A stretch of DNA of 64,000 nucleotides from Thermodesulfobacteriota bacterium (GTDB lineage Bacteria; Desulfobacterota; Desulfobulbia; Desulfobulbales; SURF-16), in contig JBFMAY010000005.1 in NCBI GenBank assembly GCA_040755455.1, forward strand, positions 1-64,000, in the 5' to 3' direction. Of this stretch, positions 31,504-41,861 are shown piece by piece. The notes beneath the pieces are model-generated. The model ran no database searches. It was not told where the DNA came from and saw nothing but the letters and a program-made list of their open reading frames with translations. Within the stretch, counting starts at the first letter, position 1. Each line of letters begins with the position of its first letter. The position numbers and the translations under genes are program-made.

Positions 31504-31590
31504 TACGCGGGTGCGATTGCCGGCCGCTGCAAAGCATGCCGCGGGAGATTACAGGAATCCATGATCATTAATCAAAAAAACGAGGTTGCC

Positions 31591-33522
31591 ATGAATGAAC
31601 CGCTCCGCGTTCTTATCGTGGATGATGAACCCATTCTGCGCCAAACCTTGGCCGATATTCTGCAAAAGAGAGGGTTCGCGCCGGCGTCCGCGGCAACCGG
31701 GCGGCAGGCCCTGGAGGAGCTGGCCAGGCAGGAGTTCCCTGTTGTCCTGCTCGACCTGCGGCTGGAAGATATGTCCGGCATGGAGGTACTGCGCCGTATC
31801 AGGGAGCACTGGCCCGGCACCCAGTGTATCCTGCTCACCGGCCATGCCTCCCAGGATTCGGCCATTGAGGCGGTCAACCTGGGGGCCTATTCCTACGTCA
31901 TGAAACCCTGTGACATGGAACAGCTGCTGCTGACCATTCGCCGGGCCGGGGAAAAATGGCAGATGGCGGACTCGCTGCGCAGCAGTGAAGCCAGGTACCG
32001 GCGCCTGCATGACAGCATGACGGACGCCTTTGTCGTGGTTGACATGGACGGCCGTCTCCTGGAATGGAACAAGGTCTACCGGAGCATGCTGGGTTACACG
32101 GAAAGTGAATTGCGCCAGCTGACCTACCCGGAGCTGACCCCCGCCGCATGGCGGGACATGGAAAGAAAGATCGTGGAGGAGCAGATCATCCCCTTCGGTT
32201 ACTCGGATGTGTATGAGAAGGAGTATCGCCGCAAGGACGGCAGCATTTTTCCGGTGGAGCTGCGGACCTATCTGCTGCGGGATGCCAATGACCGGCCTAC
32301 GGGCATGTGGGCCATTGTCCGTGACATCAGCCAGAGAAAGGAGAGCGAGAGGGAAAAGCAGCGGCTGGAGGAACAGCTCCGGCAGGCCCAGAAACTGGAG
32401 GCGGTGGGCCGCCTGGCCGGCGGGGTGGCCCATGACTTCAACAACCTGCTGTCCGTTATCCTGGGGTATGGGGAATTGGTGCTGCAGGACATGCACAGGG
32501 AGCATCCCTCCTATGGACCGCTGCAGCAGATTTATCAGGCCGGTCTGCGCGCCAGGGACCTCACCCGGCAACTGCTGGCCTTCAGCCGCAAACAGGTGCT
32601 GGAAATGCAGGTGGTGGACCTCAACGCGGTGGTAAGAGGGTTTGAGAAGCTGCTGCGCCGGGTGATCGGCGAGGATATTGAATTGAAACTGGTGCTGACC
32701 GTCCAGCCGCTTGCCATCAAGGCGGACGCCTCCCAATTGGAGCAGGTGCTGATGAACCTGGCGGTCAACGCCCGGGACGCCATGCCCGAAGGCGGAACAC
32801 TGACCATCGAAACGGCCGTGGCCGAGCTGGATAGAGAATACGCGGCCCAGAAGAGCAGCGTGGTCCCCGGCACCTATGCCCTGATCGCGGTCAGCGACAC
32901 CGGCTGCGGCATGGACCGCGACACCATGGGACTCATTTTCGAGCCGTTCTTCACCACCAAGCCAAGGGACAAGGGCACCGGCCTGGGGCTGGCCACCTCA
33001 TACGGCATTGTCAAGCAGCACAACGGCAATATCTGGGTGTACAGCGAGCCGGGCCAGGGCACAACCTTCAGGATCTATCTTCCCCTGCCCGGGGAGAAGG
33101 GGGTAACGGACCAAAGCCTTGCCGAGGAACCCGCTGACCTGCGCGGCAACGAGACGATTCTGCTGGTGGAGGACGACGAGCCGCTGAGAAATCTTACTTT
33201 TGCCATTCTCAGGCGGCAGGGCTACACGGTCCTGGTCGCGGAAAACGGCCAGGCGGCATTGACCATGCTGGACAACTTCGCGGGGCCGGTGCATCTGGTC
33301 CTGACCGATGTGGTCATGCCCGGCATGAGCGGCAGAGACCTGGGGGCCCGGATAGCCGCGCGGTTTCCTGATATGAAGGTGCTTTTCATGTCCGGTTACA
33401 CTGACAATGTCATCGTCCACAGCGGGGTGCTTGACGAGGGGGTGAACTTCATCCAGAAACCTTTTACGGCCCAGGCCCTGGCGGTCAAGATCCGCAAAAC
33501 CCTGGGAGAGGGGACGCCGTAG
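31591..33522 (+). CDS. Hybrid kinase REC-PAS-HisKA-HATPase-REC (CckA-like)
   Basis: GGVAHDFNNLL, QLLAFSRKQ, NLAVNARDAM, C-terminal REC (LTDVVMP, QKPF). Confidence 0.93.
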   Translation: MNEPLRVLIVDDEPILRQTLADILQKRGFAPASAATGRQALEELARQEFPVVLLDLRLEDMSGMEVLRRIREHWPGTQCILLTGHASQDSAIEAVNLGAYSYVMKPCDMEQLLLTIRRAGEKWQMADSLRSSEARYRRLHDSMTDAFVVVDMDGRLLEWNKVYRSMLGYTESELRQLTYPELTPAAWRDMERKIVEEQIIPFGYSDVYEKEYRRKDGSIFPVELRTYLLRDANDRPTGMWAIVRDISQRKESEREKQRLEEQLRQAQKLEAVGRLAGGVAHDFNNLLSVILGYGELVLQDMHREHPSYGPLQQIYQAGLRARDLTRQLLAFSRKQVLEMQVVDLNAVVRGFEKLLRRVIGEDIELKLVLTVQPLAIKADASQLEQVLMNLAVNARDAMPEGGTLTIETAVAELDREYAAQKSSVVPGTYALIAVSDTGCGMDRDTMGLIFEPFFTTKPRDKGTGLGLATSYGIVKQHNGNIWVYSEPGQGTTFRIYLPLPGEKGVTDQSLAEEPADLRGNETILLVEDDEPLRNLTFAILRRQGYTVLVAENGQAALTMLDNFAGPVHLVLTDVVMPGMSGRDLGARIAARFPDMKVLFMSGYTDNVIVHSGVLDEGVNFIQKPFTAQALAVKIRKTLGEGTP

Positions 33523-33603
33523 CCCCAAGCCGGTTCCTTGCTTCTCATTCTGGCTCCTGAATCCTGACTTCTGAATCCTTATGCAGCACGCCGGCAAGTT
33601 GAT

Positions 33604-34011
33604 TCAGAACGGCACATCGTCTCCCATGCGGGGTTCGGGTGGGGGCGGCTCCTCGGCAAAACTGCTGCCCGCCGCGGACGATGCACCCTTGGGAGCCAGC
33701 ATCTTCATGTCCTTGGCGACGATTTCCGTGGTGTAGCGCTTGTTGCCGTCCTTGTCATTCCATGATCTTGTCTGGATGCGTCCTTCCACGTAAACTTTGG
33801 AGCCTTTGGAAAGATATTCCCCGCAGATTTCGGCCAGCCGGGCAAAGGCCACAATGCGGTGCCATTCCGTCTGTTCCTGCATCTGGCCGTCCTGGCCTTT
33901 CCATTTTTCCGTAGTGGCCACGTTGAAATTTGCCACTGCCGTGCCGCTCTGGGTGTAGCGTACTTCCGGGTCCGAGCCCAGGTTGCCGATGATGATGGCT
34001 TTATTGATCAT
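33604..34011 (-). CDS. ssb: Single-stranded DNA-binding protein
   Basis: [28 protein letters not shown], acidic tail DDVPF. Confidence 0.97.
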   Translation of the reverse strand: MINKAIIIGNLGSDPEVRYTQSGTAVANFNVATTEKWKGQDGQMQEQTEWHRIVAFARLAEICGEYLSKGSKVYVEGRIQTRSWNDKDGNKRYTTEIVAKDMKMLAPKGASSAAGSSFAEEPPPPEPRMGDDVPF

Positions 34012-34264
34012 GATAAAAACTCCTTAAAAAGACGGCGATGAGATAATGATGATATGAAAAGGTTCAATAAGAATAAACAGTATAAATTACATCAGCCGGC
34101 AGTGCAATCAGTCAATTATCTTCCTGCCGTTCCGACTGCAGAGAAGAATTATATGTAAAACAGCAAAGACGCAAGAAATTAAGCCGTTGTAAATAAAAAT
34201 AACATGGCCATCTGACGGATGCCCGGAACGGCACTCTTTTCAGTACCCCCTTGAGGGGTATAAG

Positions 34265-34312
34265 GAGCCGTAACGAAATAGTTAAAAGAGACAAGTTATT
34301 TCGTAACGGCTC
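34265..34312. mobile_element. Minimal MITE-like unit (terminal inverted repeats only)
   Basis: gagccgtaacgaaata-N16-tatttcgtaacggctc; same terminus as the repeats at 9696 and 59888. Confidence 0.6.
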
Positions 34313-34324
34313 GTAATGCAGGTT

Positions 34325-35461
34325 TTAAAGCGGAGAAGAAACGGCCTCATCAAGTGCCTGGGGTAGTTTCGCTGCCTGGCCCGGCGCAAAACCGCATTCC
34401 TGCCATATTTCGTCGTTTTCCATGCAGAAATACAGGCAGGTGGCCGGATGGACCCGTTGCCTGAGGTGATGGAGCAGATGTTGGTAAAGCTCCACCCGCA
34501 GCGAGCGGAAATAACGGCACTTGCCATCCAGGCCCATGATGAATTCTTCATGGAAGAATTTCGAGTTGGGAAAACGGGTGAGGGCGGTGGGACGCAGGGC
34601 CGGCAGGAAGCGCAATGCCCCCAGGCTGATCCAGACGATTTTCTCCGCCGGCACGGTGTCAAAGAGTTTATGGATGGTTTGCGCGTATCCTTCCCGCCAG
34701 CCCGGGTGATGGATGATCGGGTCAAAATGAAAGGCCAGCCTGTAGCCCCAGTTGGCGCACTGGACCGCTGCTGCCAGCCTTTCGTCAAGGCTGGCAGTCC
34801 TCAGTTCCTCGCCCTGCATGATGGCAGGGCTGTTCAGCGACCAGGCGACAATGGTCCGGCCTCCGTGGTCAAGATTTTCCAGATGGCCGATGGCGGCGCT
34901 TTTGGTTTTGAGTTCGAGCACGGCGGTGCTCTTGTCCCGCATGAATTCCACCAGAATTCTGCTGAGACCGGTGAGGCCATCCAGGGCCAGGCTGTCGGTA
35001 AACTCGCCGGTGCCGATCCGCCGGAACTGGTTTTGCCGGGCCAGGGCCAGATTGAGTTCCGCCAGCAGATCATCGATATTGACAAAAAAGGAAATCCACG
35101 GGTTATTGAGGTAGGCCTGGAGAATGCAGTAAACGCAATCCATGGGGCAGTTCATGCCGATATTCAGCACCTGGTAGTCGCAGCAGCGGTACTCCCTGGT
35201 GCCGGGACAGGGTTTTAAAAAACTGCCCCGGTTCCTGCACAGGAGCAGATGCTGTTTGCCTTTGGCCAGGCTGCGCGGGTAGGGTTCCGCAGCGATTTGC
35301 GGCATGGCCCGGTCGGCAATGGTTTCCACGGGAGTATTGCCGGCCCGGGCGAGGATTTCCCGGGTATACGGGAGATCCCGGCAGCTTTCCTCAAGGAAAA
35401 TTTTACGGATATGTCTTGCTGGATCGGATTTCCGGAGATTATAGTGATTTTTTTCTGTCAT
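34325..35461 (-). CDS. Spore photoproduct lyase-like radical SAM protein
   Basis: CPMDCVYC (CxxxCxxC), RIGTGEFTDSL, ELKTKS, AWSLN, AFHFDPII. Confidence 0.85.
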   Translation of the reverse strand: MTEKNHYNLRKSDPARHIRKIFLEESCRDLPYTREILARAGNTPVETIADRAMPQIAAEPYPRSLAKGKQHLLLCRNRGSFLKPCPGTREYRCCDYQVLNIGMNCPMDCVYCILQAYLNNPWISFFVNIDDLLAELNLALARQNQFRRIGTGEFTDSLALDGLTGLSRILVEFMRDKSTAVLELKTKSAAIGHLENLDHGGRTIVAWSLNSPAIMQGEELRTASLDERLAAAVQCANWGYRLAFHFDPIIHHPGWREGYAQTIHKLFDTVPAEKIVWISLGALRFLPALRPTALTRFPNSKFFHEEFIMGLDGKCRYFRSLRVELYQHLLHHLRQRVHPATCLYFCMENDEIWQECGFAPGQAAKLPQALDEAVSSPL

Positions 35462-35541
35462 GAGGCACACCATACATGAGGCTGAGATGGGCGACAAACA
35501 AAAAAATATTCTTCTTTGCTGCATAGTGGCGAGGCCGAGCA

Positions 35542-37455
35542 GTGTCTTGTTATAAAATACATTTTTTCTCCTGTTTCATCCTCCTGCTGCTTGCTCTTCA
35601 TTCCCCGTTCGCCCATGCCCAGAATCTGCATCTGCCGCCGCATGATATCCTGGTCCTGCATTCCTTTCACAGCGGCCTTGACAGGGTGGAAAGCATCAAT
35701 CGGGGCATTGAGGAAGTCCTGCTGGCCAAGGACCGGCAGGACATCGAATTGCATATTGAATACATGGACAGTCTGCGCCAGCCGGGGGAGGAAAATTCCC
35801 GGCGTGTTTACCGTTTTCTCGCTGAAAAGTACGGTTCCCGGAAATTTGATGCCGTGATTGCCGTTGATACCGTTGCCGTCACCTTTCTCCAGCAGCATTA
35901 TGCAACCCTTTTCCCTTTGACCCCTGTTTTTTACTGTGGCGTGCCCTGCCAGCAGAATGACCCGGATGCCGCGACAGGGAGTTTTGTCGGGGTGTGCGAA
36001 AACGTTGATATTGTCGCCACCATTGAGGCGGGACTCCATTTATACCCGGAAACAAAGGATATTTTCATCATCAATGACCGCACCGTTGACGGCCTGATCT
36101 ATGACGCCAGGATCAAGGAAGGCATGACAGCCTTTGCCGGCCGTGTCACCTTTCACCTGTGGGATGACATGGGCATGGAAGAGCTGCTGCAGAAGGTGCG
36201 GGAGGTGCCGGCAGGCGGCGGCCTGGTGCTGCTGGTTAATTTCACCCGTGACAGGAATGGGGTGAGTTTTTCATCCGGCAGAACCATCGGGCTTATATCG
36301 TCACGATGCAAGATTCCCATTCTGTCCATGTGGCAGTTTTATCTGGGCAGCGGCGTATTGGGCGGGATGATGGTTGATGGCAGGTCCCAGGGCAGGGCGG
36401 TGGCCAAAATGGTTGTTGATATTCTCATGGGCGATCCCGTGGAAAACTTCGTTGCCCGGCAGACGACTGACAATCAGCTGATTTTTGACTACAACCGGAT
36501 GAAAAGATTTGTCATCCCCTATAAGGCCCTGCCTGAGGGCAGCATTGTCACGGATGAGCCCCAGTCCATTCTCTGGAAATACAAAAAGACCGGTCTGACC
36601 GTGCTGGGCATCGCCCTGGCCCTTGAAGCCACGGTCATCATTCTTTCCGTCGTCACCTATAAAAGCAAGAAGGCCGAGCAGATGCTCGAGGAACTGGTCG
36701 ATAAGCGCACCCATGAACTGACCAGCGCCAATGAAAAACTGAAGGCGGAAATCCATGTGCGGAAAAAAGTTGAGGAGGCCCTGCGCGAATCGGAGGAAGC
36801 CCTTCATCAGCTTTCCATCAATCTGCTGACGGTTCAGGAAAACGAGCGCCGCCGGATTTCAGTGGAGCTGCATGATGAGCTGGGGCAGTCCCTGGCCGCC
36901 CTGAAACTCCAGGTAGGTTCCCTGGAGAAGCAGCTGGGGTATGATCTGCCTTATGCGCTGCAGGAAGAGTGTGATGAGCTGCGCCAGAGCATCAACCTCA
37001 TTATCGAGAATGTCCGCCGTCTCTCCCGCGACCTCAGCCCGGTGGCCCTGGATGATCTGGGTATTGACGCGGCCCTGGAGTATCTGATTACCAACTTTGC
37101 CAAGCTGCACGGCATTGAGGTTGATCTTGATCTGATCGAGATCAACCATCTCTTCAGCCAGGCGGCCCAGCGGCTGATCTACAGGGTCGTCCAGGAGTCG
37201 CTCAACAACATCGGCAAGCACGCCAATGCGACCCATGCCGGCATCAAAATCGAAAAAGTAAAAAATCGTATCTTTCTCATTGTGAAAGATAACGGAACTG
37301 GGTTTAATACGAAGGAACTTCAGAACCGGAAAAAATCGGAGGGGGGCATGGGGCTTGCGGCCATGGCGGAGCGGGTGCGGATTCTGGAAGGAGTCATGGA
37401 CATCAATAGTGAAGAGGGCGAAGGCACCACGATTACGGTAAGTCTGCCGGTTTAG
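35542..37455 (+). CDS. Sensor histidine kinase (HisKA_3) with periplasmic ABC-substrate-binding-like domain
   Basis: ILVLHSFH, EYMD, TM, QENERRRISVELHDELGQSL, QESLNNIGKHA, DNG.GF, GMGL..M.ERV. Confidence 0.9.
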   Translation: MSCYKIHFFSCFILLLLALHSPFAHAQNLHLPPHDILVLHSFHSGLDRVESINRGIEEVLLAKDRQDIELHIEYMDSLRQPGEENSRRVYRFLAEKYGSRKFDAVIAVDTVAVTFLQQHYATLFPLTPVFYCGVPCQQNDPDAATGSFVGVCENVDIVATIEAGLHLYPETKDIFIINDRTVDGLIYDARIKEGMTAFAGRVTFHLWDDMGMEELLQKVREVPAGGGLVLLVNFTRDRNGVSFSSGRTIGLISSRCKIPILSMWQFYLGSGVLGGMMVDGRSQGRAVAKMVVDILMGDPVENFVARQTTDNQLIFDYNRMKRFVIPYKALPEGSIVTDEPQSILWKYKKTGLTVLGIALALEATVIILSVVTYKSKKAEQMLEELVDKRTHELTSANEKLKAEIHVRKKVEEALRESEEALHQLSINLLTVQENERRRISVELHDELGQSLAALKLQVGSLEKQLGYDLPYALQEECDELRQSINLIIENVRRLSRDLSPVALDDLGIDAALEYLITNFAKLHGIEVDLDLIEINHLFSQAAQRLIYRVVQESLNNIGKHANATHAGIKIEKVKNRIFLIVKDNGTGFNTKELQNRKKSEGGMGLAAMAERVRILEGVMDINSEEGEGTTITVSLPV

Positions 37456-37584
37456 CCGGACACCGGATTGCATCCGGCGTCATTACCGGGGACTGCGCCG
37501 CCATTGCTGTTTTCGGGAGAGGGCTTTTTCTTCACCGTGTCCATATTGTTTGTTATCGCCTTTTCGGATGAGTAGGAAATCGCT

Positions 37585-38241
37585 ATGAAAGTGTATCAGG
37601 TTTTACTTGCTGACGATCATGTGTTAATTCGTCACGGCATTAAGAAGATCATTGAATCAGAACCGTCCCTCGAGGTCATCGGCCAGGTGGGGGATGGCCT
37701 GGAGCTGTTGAACATGATGAAGGAGGTGACCCCCGATATTGTCCTTCTCGACATATCCATGCCCAATCTGCGCGGGATTGAGGCCATCGGTGAGGCCAAG
37801 AAGATCTGCCCGGATGTCAAGATTCTGATTCTCACCATGCATAAAAGCAAACAGTATCTCTGCCATGCCATGTCGGCCGGGGCGGACGGTTATGTGTTGA
37901 AAGAGGACTCGGACACGGAACTGCTGACCGCCATCAGTCAGGTTCTGAAGGGCAATGTCTTTATCTCTCCGGTGTTGTCAAAGGAGTTCTCCAGCGCGGA
38001 CGTTGATTTCTGTATCAAAACAAAGAATTTCCCCGCCGAATCGTTAACGCCGAGGGAGCGGCAGGTTTTGAAGATGGTGGCCGAGGGCAGAACGAGCAGG
38101 GATATCGCCGAGCTGCTGTCGATCAGCACCAGGACGGTGGAGCACCATCGGGCCAATCTGCTGAAAAAACTCAATATCAGCAATACCGCTGATTTGATTA
38201 AATATGCCATTCAGAAGGGCTATATCCTGCCCAGTACTTAG
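37585..38241 (+). CDS. NarL/LuxR family response regulator
   Basis: LADDH, LDISMP, LTPRERQVL...IAELLSISTRTVEHHR. Confidence 0.95.
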   Translation: MKVYQVLLADDHVLIRHGIKKIIESEPSLEVIGQVGDGLELLNMMKEVTPDIVLLDISMPNLRGIEAIGEAKKICPDVKILILTMHKSKQYLCHAMSAGADGYVLKEDSDTELLTAISQVLKGNVFISPVLSKEFSSADVDFCIKTKNFPAESLTPRERQVLKMVAEGRTSRDIAELLSISTRTVEHHRANLLKKLNISNTADLIKYAIQKGYILPST

Positions 38242-38412
38242 GGACTCGGAAAATACCAATTTACCATAAAGCATCCCGTCAGCGTTGCCGGAATATTCCC
38301 CCTGTTGGCGGATTTTTTCTTCTTTGGGAAAAAATCGTTGTCCTATCTCGTTGATTTGAAATTGTTTTAAAAAAATGTCCTGGAAAGGGCTTTTTTTTAG
38401 CAATGAAATTCT

Positions 38413-38467
38413 TTGACTTTCGGCTTATCTTGTGCTTTCATCTTTTCTGACACACAACATTTGGTGT
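38413..38467 (+). promoter_or_regulatory. Sigma70-like promoter with NrdR box upstream of nrdJ
   Basis: ttgact(38413)-N17-tttcat; acacaacatttggtgt (38452-38467) fits the NrdR consensus acaCwAtATaTwGtgt. Confidence 0.7.
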
Positions 38468-38576
38468 GTCCTGTCTTTTTTTGCCTGCGGGCGCATGTTA
38501 ACAATAAATGACGTGGTTCAACCGCTTTGAACCAATGATAAGCTGGAGAAACAGGAGAATGGGAATGGGGAGAAAC

Positions 38577-40823
38577 ATGGAATTAGGTGATATGAAAATT
38601 CCGGCCGGGGTGATTCAACCAAAGTTTGCCGATAACGCCCTGTCAGTTCTGGAAAGACGTTATCTGCTGAAGGATGTGGAGGGAAATGTCATTGAAACCC
38701 CGGCAGAGATGCTCTGGCGGGTGGCAAGCTCCATTGCCGCGGCTGACAGGCTTTATGACAAGGACGCCGACGTGCAGGCCCTGGCCCTGTCTTTTTATGA
38801 GATGATGGCCAACCGGGATTTCATGCCGAATTCACCCACCCTGATGAATGCCGGCCGGGACCTGGGCCAGCTTTCCGCCTGTTTCGTGCTGCCCGTTGAA
38901 GACACCATGGACAGCATTTTCGAGGCGGTCAAGCAGACGGCCCTGATCCACAAGAGCGGCGGCGGCACCGGTTTTTCTTTTTCCCGCATCAGGCCCCGTC
39001 ATGATGTGGTGCATTCAACCCGCGGGGTATCAAGCGGCCCCCTTTCCTTCATGTCCGTTTTTGATTGCGCCACGGAAACCATCAAGCAGGGCGGCACCCG
39101 CCGCGGCGCCAACATGGCCATCCTGCGGGTCGATCACCCTGATATCATGGATTTCATCAAGGTCAAATCCGATCTGTCGGTGCTCAATAATTTCAATATC
39201 TCCGTGGCCATTACCGATGCCTTTATGCAGGCGGTTGAAAATGATGAAGAGTATGAGCTGATCAACCCCCGCAATAATGAACCGGTCAAAAAACAGGGCG
39301 CGGTCAAGGTGTTCAGGCAGATCGTCAAACAGGCATGGTATTCGGGTGAGCCGGGCATTGTTTTTATTGACCGCATGAATGACGACAATCCCACCCCTGA
39401 GATCGGGCTGTTTGAAAGCACCAACCCCTGCGGTGAGCAGCCGCTGCTTCCCCATGAATCCTGTAATCTCGGCTCGATCAACCTTGCCAATATGGTGGCT
39501 GACGGCCAGGTGGATTATCAGAAGCTCGGGGCTACGGTTGCCAAATGTGTTCATTTCCTTGACAACGTGGTGGATGTCAACCGTTATCCCTTGCCCGAGA
39601 TTGAGGAGAAAACCAAACAGAACCGCAAGATCGGCCTTGGCGTCATGGGCTTTGCCGACATGCTGCTCAAGCTCGGCATTCCCTATTCATCCCCCGAGGC
39701 CCTGGACCTGGCCGAGAAGGTGATGAAATACATCGATACTTCAGCCTATCAGGCCTCCGTGCATATAGGCGGGCAGCGCGGCTCATTCCCCAACTTTTCC
39801 AGAAGCATCTACGGCAGCAAGAATCCCGATGTGCCGGTGCGAAACGCCACGCGGACCACCATTGCCCCGACCGGGACAATCAGCATCATTGCCGGCTGCT
39901 CCAGCGGCGTTGAACCGCTGTTTGCCGTTTCCTATGTCCGGCGCGTCATGGACAATGATGAGTTTTTTGAAGTGAATCCGGTGTTTGAAGAGATTGCCCG
40001 GGCCAATGGCTTCCACACCCCTGAGCTGATCAAGAAGATATCCTACAGCGGCAGCGTGCAGGGTATTGAGGAGATTCCCCTGAAATACCGCCGTCTTTTT
40101 GAAACCGCCCACGATATCAGCCCGAAAAATCATATCGACATCCAGGCAGCCTTTCAGAAAAGCACCAACAACGCGGTGAGCAAAACCATCAATTTCAGCA
40201 ATTCCGCTACCATAGAGGAGGTAAAGGAGGCCTTCATGCTCGCCTACAAGCTGCGATGCAAAGGGGTGACCATTTACCGCGACGGCTGCCGGGAAAACCA
40301 GGTGCTGAGTATCGGCAAGACCGACAAGAAGAAAAGTCCGCAGGTTGATGTGGGCCGGCCGGTTAAACGAGACAGGCCGCGCCGGCTGAACGGCTCAACC
40401 TATCAGATGACCACCGGTTGCGGTCCGATGTACGTGACCATTAACGAGGATAGCCAGCAGCAGCTTTTTGAGTTGTTCAATACGGTCGGCAAGGCCGGCG
40501 GCTGTGCCGCCAGCCAGTGCGAGGCCATCGGCCGTCTCGTATCACTGGCCTGGCGCAGCGGCTTGCCGCCCGAGCCCATCATCAAGCAGCTTATCGGCAT
40601 CAGCTGCCATAAGCCGTACGGTTTCGGCGAGAACAAGGTCGTCTCCTGCGCCGACGCCATCGCCCAGGCCATCCGTCAGCACCTGGAGCGCCATAACGGT
40701 TGCAAGGATGAGACACTGTCCGAAAAAACCGTGTTCGGCGCCTGTCCGGAGTGCGGGGGCATGATCGAACATGAGGGCGGCTGCTGCGTCTGCCATGCAT
40801 GCGGCTATTCCGAATGCGCCTGA
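38577..40823 (+). CDS. nrdJ: Vitamin B12-dependent (class II) ribonucleotide reductase with C-terminal TSCPD/zinc-ribbon region
   Basis: FMPNSPTLMNAG, LSACFV, GGTRRGANM, TNPCGEQPL, CNLGSINL, TTIAPTGTIS, C-terminal CPECG...C.CH.CGYSEC. Confidence 0.95.
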   Translation: MELGDMKIPAGVIQPKFADNALSVLERRYLLKDVEGNVIETPAEMLWRVASSIAAADRLYDKDADVQALALSFYEMMANRDFMPNSPTLMNAGRDLGQLSACFVLPVEDTMDSIFEAVKQTALIHKSGGGTGFSFSRIRPRHDVVHSTRGVSSGPLSFMSVFDCATETIKQGGTRRGANMAILRVDHPDIMDFIKVKSDLSVLNNFNISVAITDAFMQAVENDEEYELINPRNNEPVKKQGAVKVFRQIVKQAWYSGEPGIVFIDRMNDDNPTPEIGLFESTNPCGEQPLLPHESCNLGSINLANMVADGQVDYQKLGATVAKCVHFLDNVVDVNRYPLPEIEEKTKQNRKIGLGVMGFADMLLKLGIPYSSPEALDLAEKVMKYIDTSAYQASVHIGGQRGSFPNFSRSIYGSKNPDVPVRNATRTTIAPTGTISIIAGCSSGVEPLFAVSYVRRVMDNDEFFEVNPVFEEIARANGFHTPELIKKISYSGSVQGIEEIPLKYRRLFETAHDISPKNHIDIQAAFQKSTNNAVSKTINFSNSATIEEVKEAFMLAYKLRCKGVTIYRDGCRENQVLSIGKTDKKKSPQVDVGRPVKRDRPRRLNGSTYQMTTGCGPMYVTINEDSQQQLFELFNTVGKAGGCAASQCEAIGRLVSLAWRSGLPPEPIIKQLIGISCHKPYGFGENKVVSCADAIAQAIRQHLERHNGCKDETLSEKTVFGACPECGGMIEHEGGCCVCHACGYSECA

Positions 40824-40880
40824 TATGAGTGGTGATAAATTAATTTCTCCTGGTAAAGAGATGTGTTAAGATAGTAGCAG

Positions 40881-41861
40881 ATGCCTGAAAAGAATGTAAA
40901 TAGCCTGCACATCGACGGGATGAAATTTACCAACGACCATAATGTAAAAATTCTTGTTGTAGATGATGACGAGCTGGTTCTTGAGGCCTTGAGTCTGCAG
41001 GTGGAGTCGTTCGGTTATCAATGCCGTACCGCCGCCAACGGACTTGAGGCCATTGACAGGCTCAAGGAAGATGCCGTTGATATTGTCGTCACCGATGTGG
41101 TGATGCCTGAAATGAGCGGTTTGCAGCTCCTTGCCTATATCAAGGACAACTATCCGGATACGGATGTCATCGTGGCCACCGGTTATACGGATAAGGCCGG
41201 TTATGCCGAGGTGATACGGGCCGGGGCCATAGATTTCATCAAGAAACCCTTTGAACGCGACGAACTGGAGGCGAAGCTGAACCGGGCTCAGCGGGAACGG
41301 AGCATGATCAGGAAGCTCGAAAAGCTGTCCCTGTGCGATTCCCTCACCGGCCTGTATAACCGGCGTTCCTTCGACATCAAGCTGGCAGAGGAAGTGCAGC
41401 GTGCCCATCGTCAGGATTTCCAGGTTTATCTGGCCCTGATCGATGTGGATAATTTCAAGGAATACAACGACACCTACGGCCACCCGGCCGGGGACAAGGT
41501 GCTCAATGCCGTGGGTATGATTTTAAATGACTGTACCCGGCACAATGTGGATTTCACCTTTCGCTACGGCGGCGATGAGTTTGCGGCGATTCTCACCCAG
41601 ACCAATGAGGAGCAGGCGGTCAAGATCATGGAAAGGGTGCTGCATAGTTTCCGGCAGGCAGGTTTTTCCACCACGACGCTCAGTGTCGGTCTTGTCTGCT
41701 GCCAGCGTGATGAAAAACTGACCTGGCCTGAAAATGCCGCAAATATGATCTACAGGGCGGACAAGGCCCTCTACCTGGCGAAGAGCGAGGGCAAAAACAG
41801 GGTCATGCTTGATACCGGGGTTGATGGCGTTGAAACGGAGTTCAAGCGTTTCAATGTTTAG
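40881..41861 (+). CDS. Response regulator diguanylate cyclase (REC-GGDEF)
   Basis: REC; DSLTGLYNRR, DVDNFKEYNDTYGH..GD, RYGGDEF, ADKALY.AK. Confidence 0.95.
   Translation: MPEKNVNSLHIDGMKFTNDHNVKILVVDDDELVLEALSLQVESFGYQCRTAANGLEAIDRLKEDAVDIVVTDVVMPEMSGLQLLAYIKDNYPDTDVIVATGYTDKAGYAEVIRAGAIDFIKKPFERDELEAKLNRAQRERSMIRKLEKLSLCDSLTGLYNRRSFDIKLAEEVQRAHRQDFQVYLALIDVDNFKEYNDTYGHPAGDKVLNAVGMILNDCTRHNVDFTFRYGGDEFAAILTQTNEEQAVKIMERVLHSFRQAGFSTTTLSVGLVCCQRDEKLTWPENAANMIYRADKALYLAKSEGKNRVMLDTGVDGVETEFKRFNV

Noticed and set aside
34243..34261. taccccc-ttga-ggggta palindrome resembling a CsoR/RcnR operator
   Set aside because: Spacing is longer than typical and no copper/nickel genes are adjacent; may be a simple hairpin beside the MITE end.
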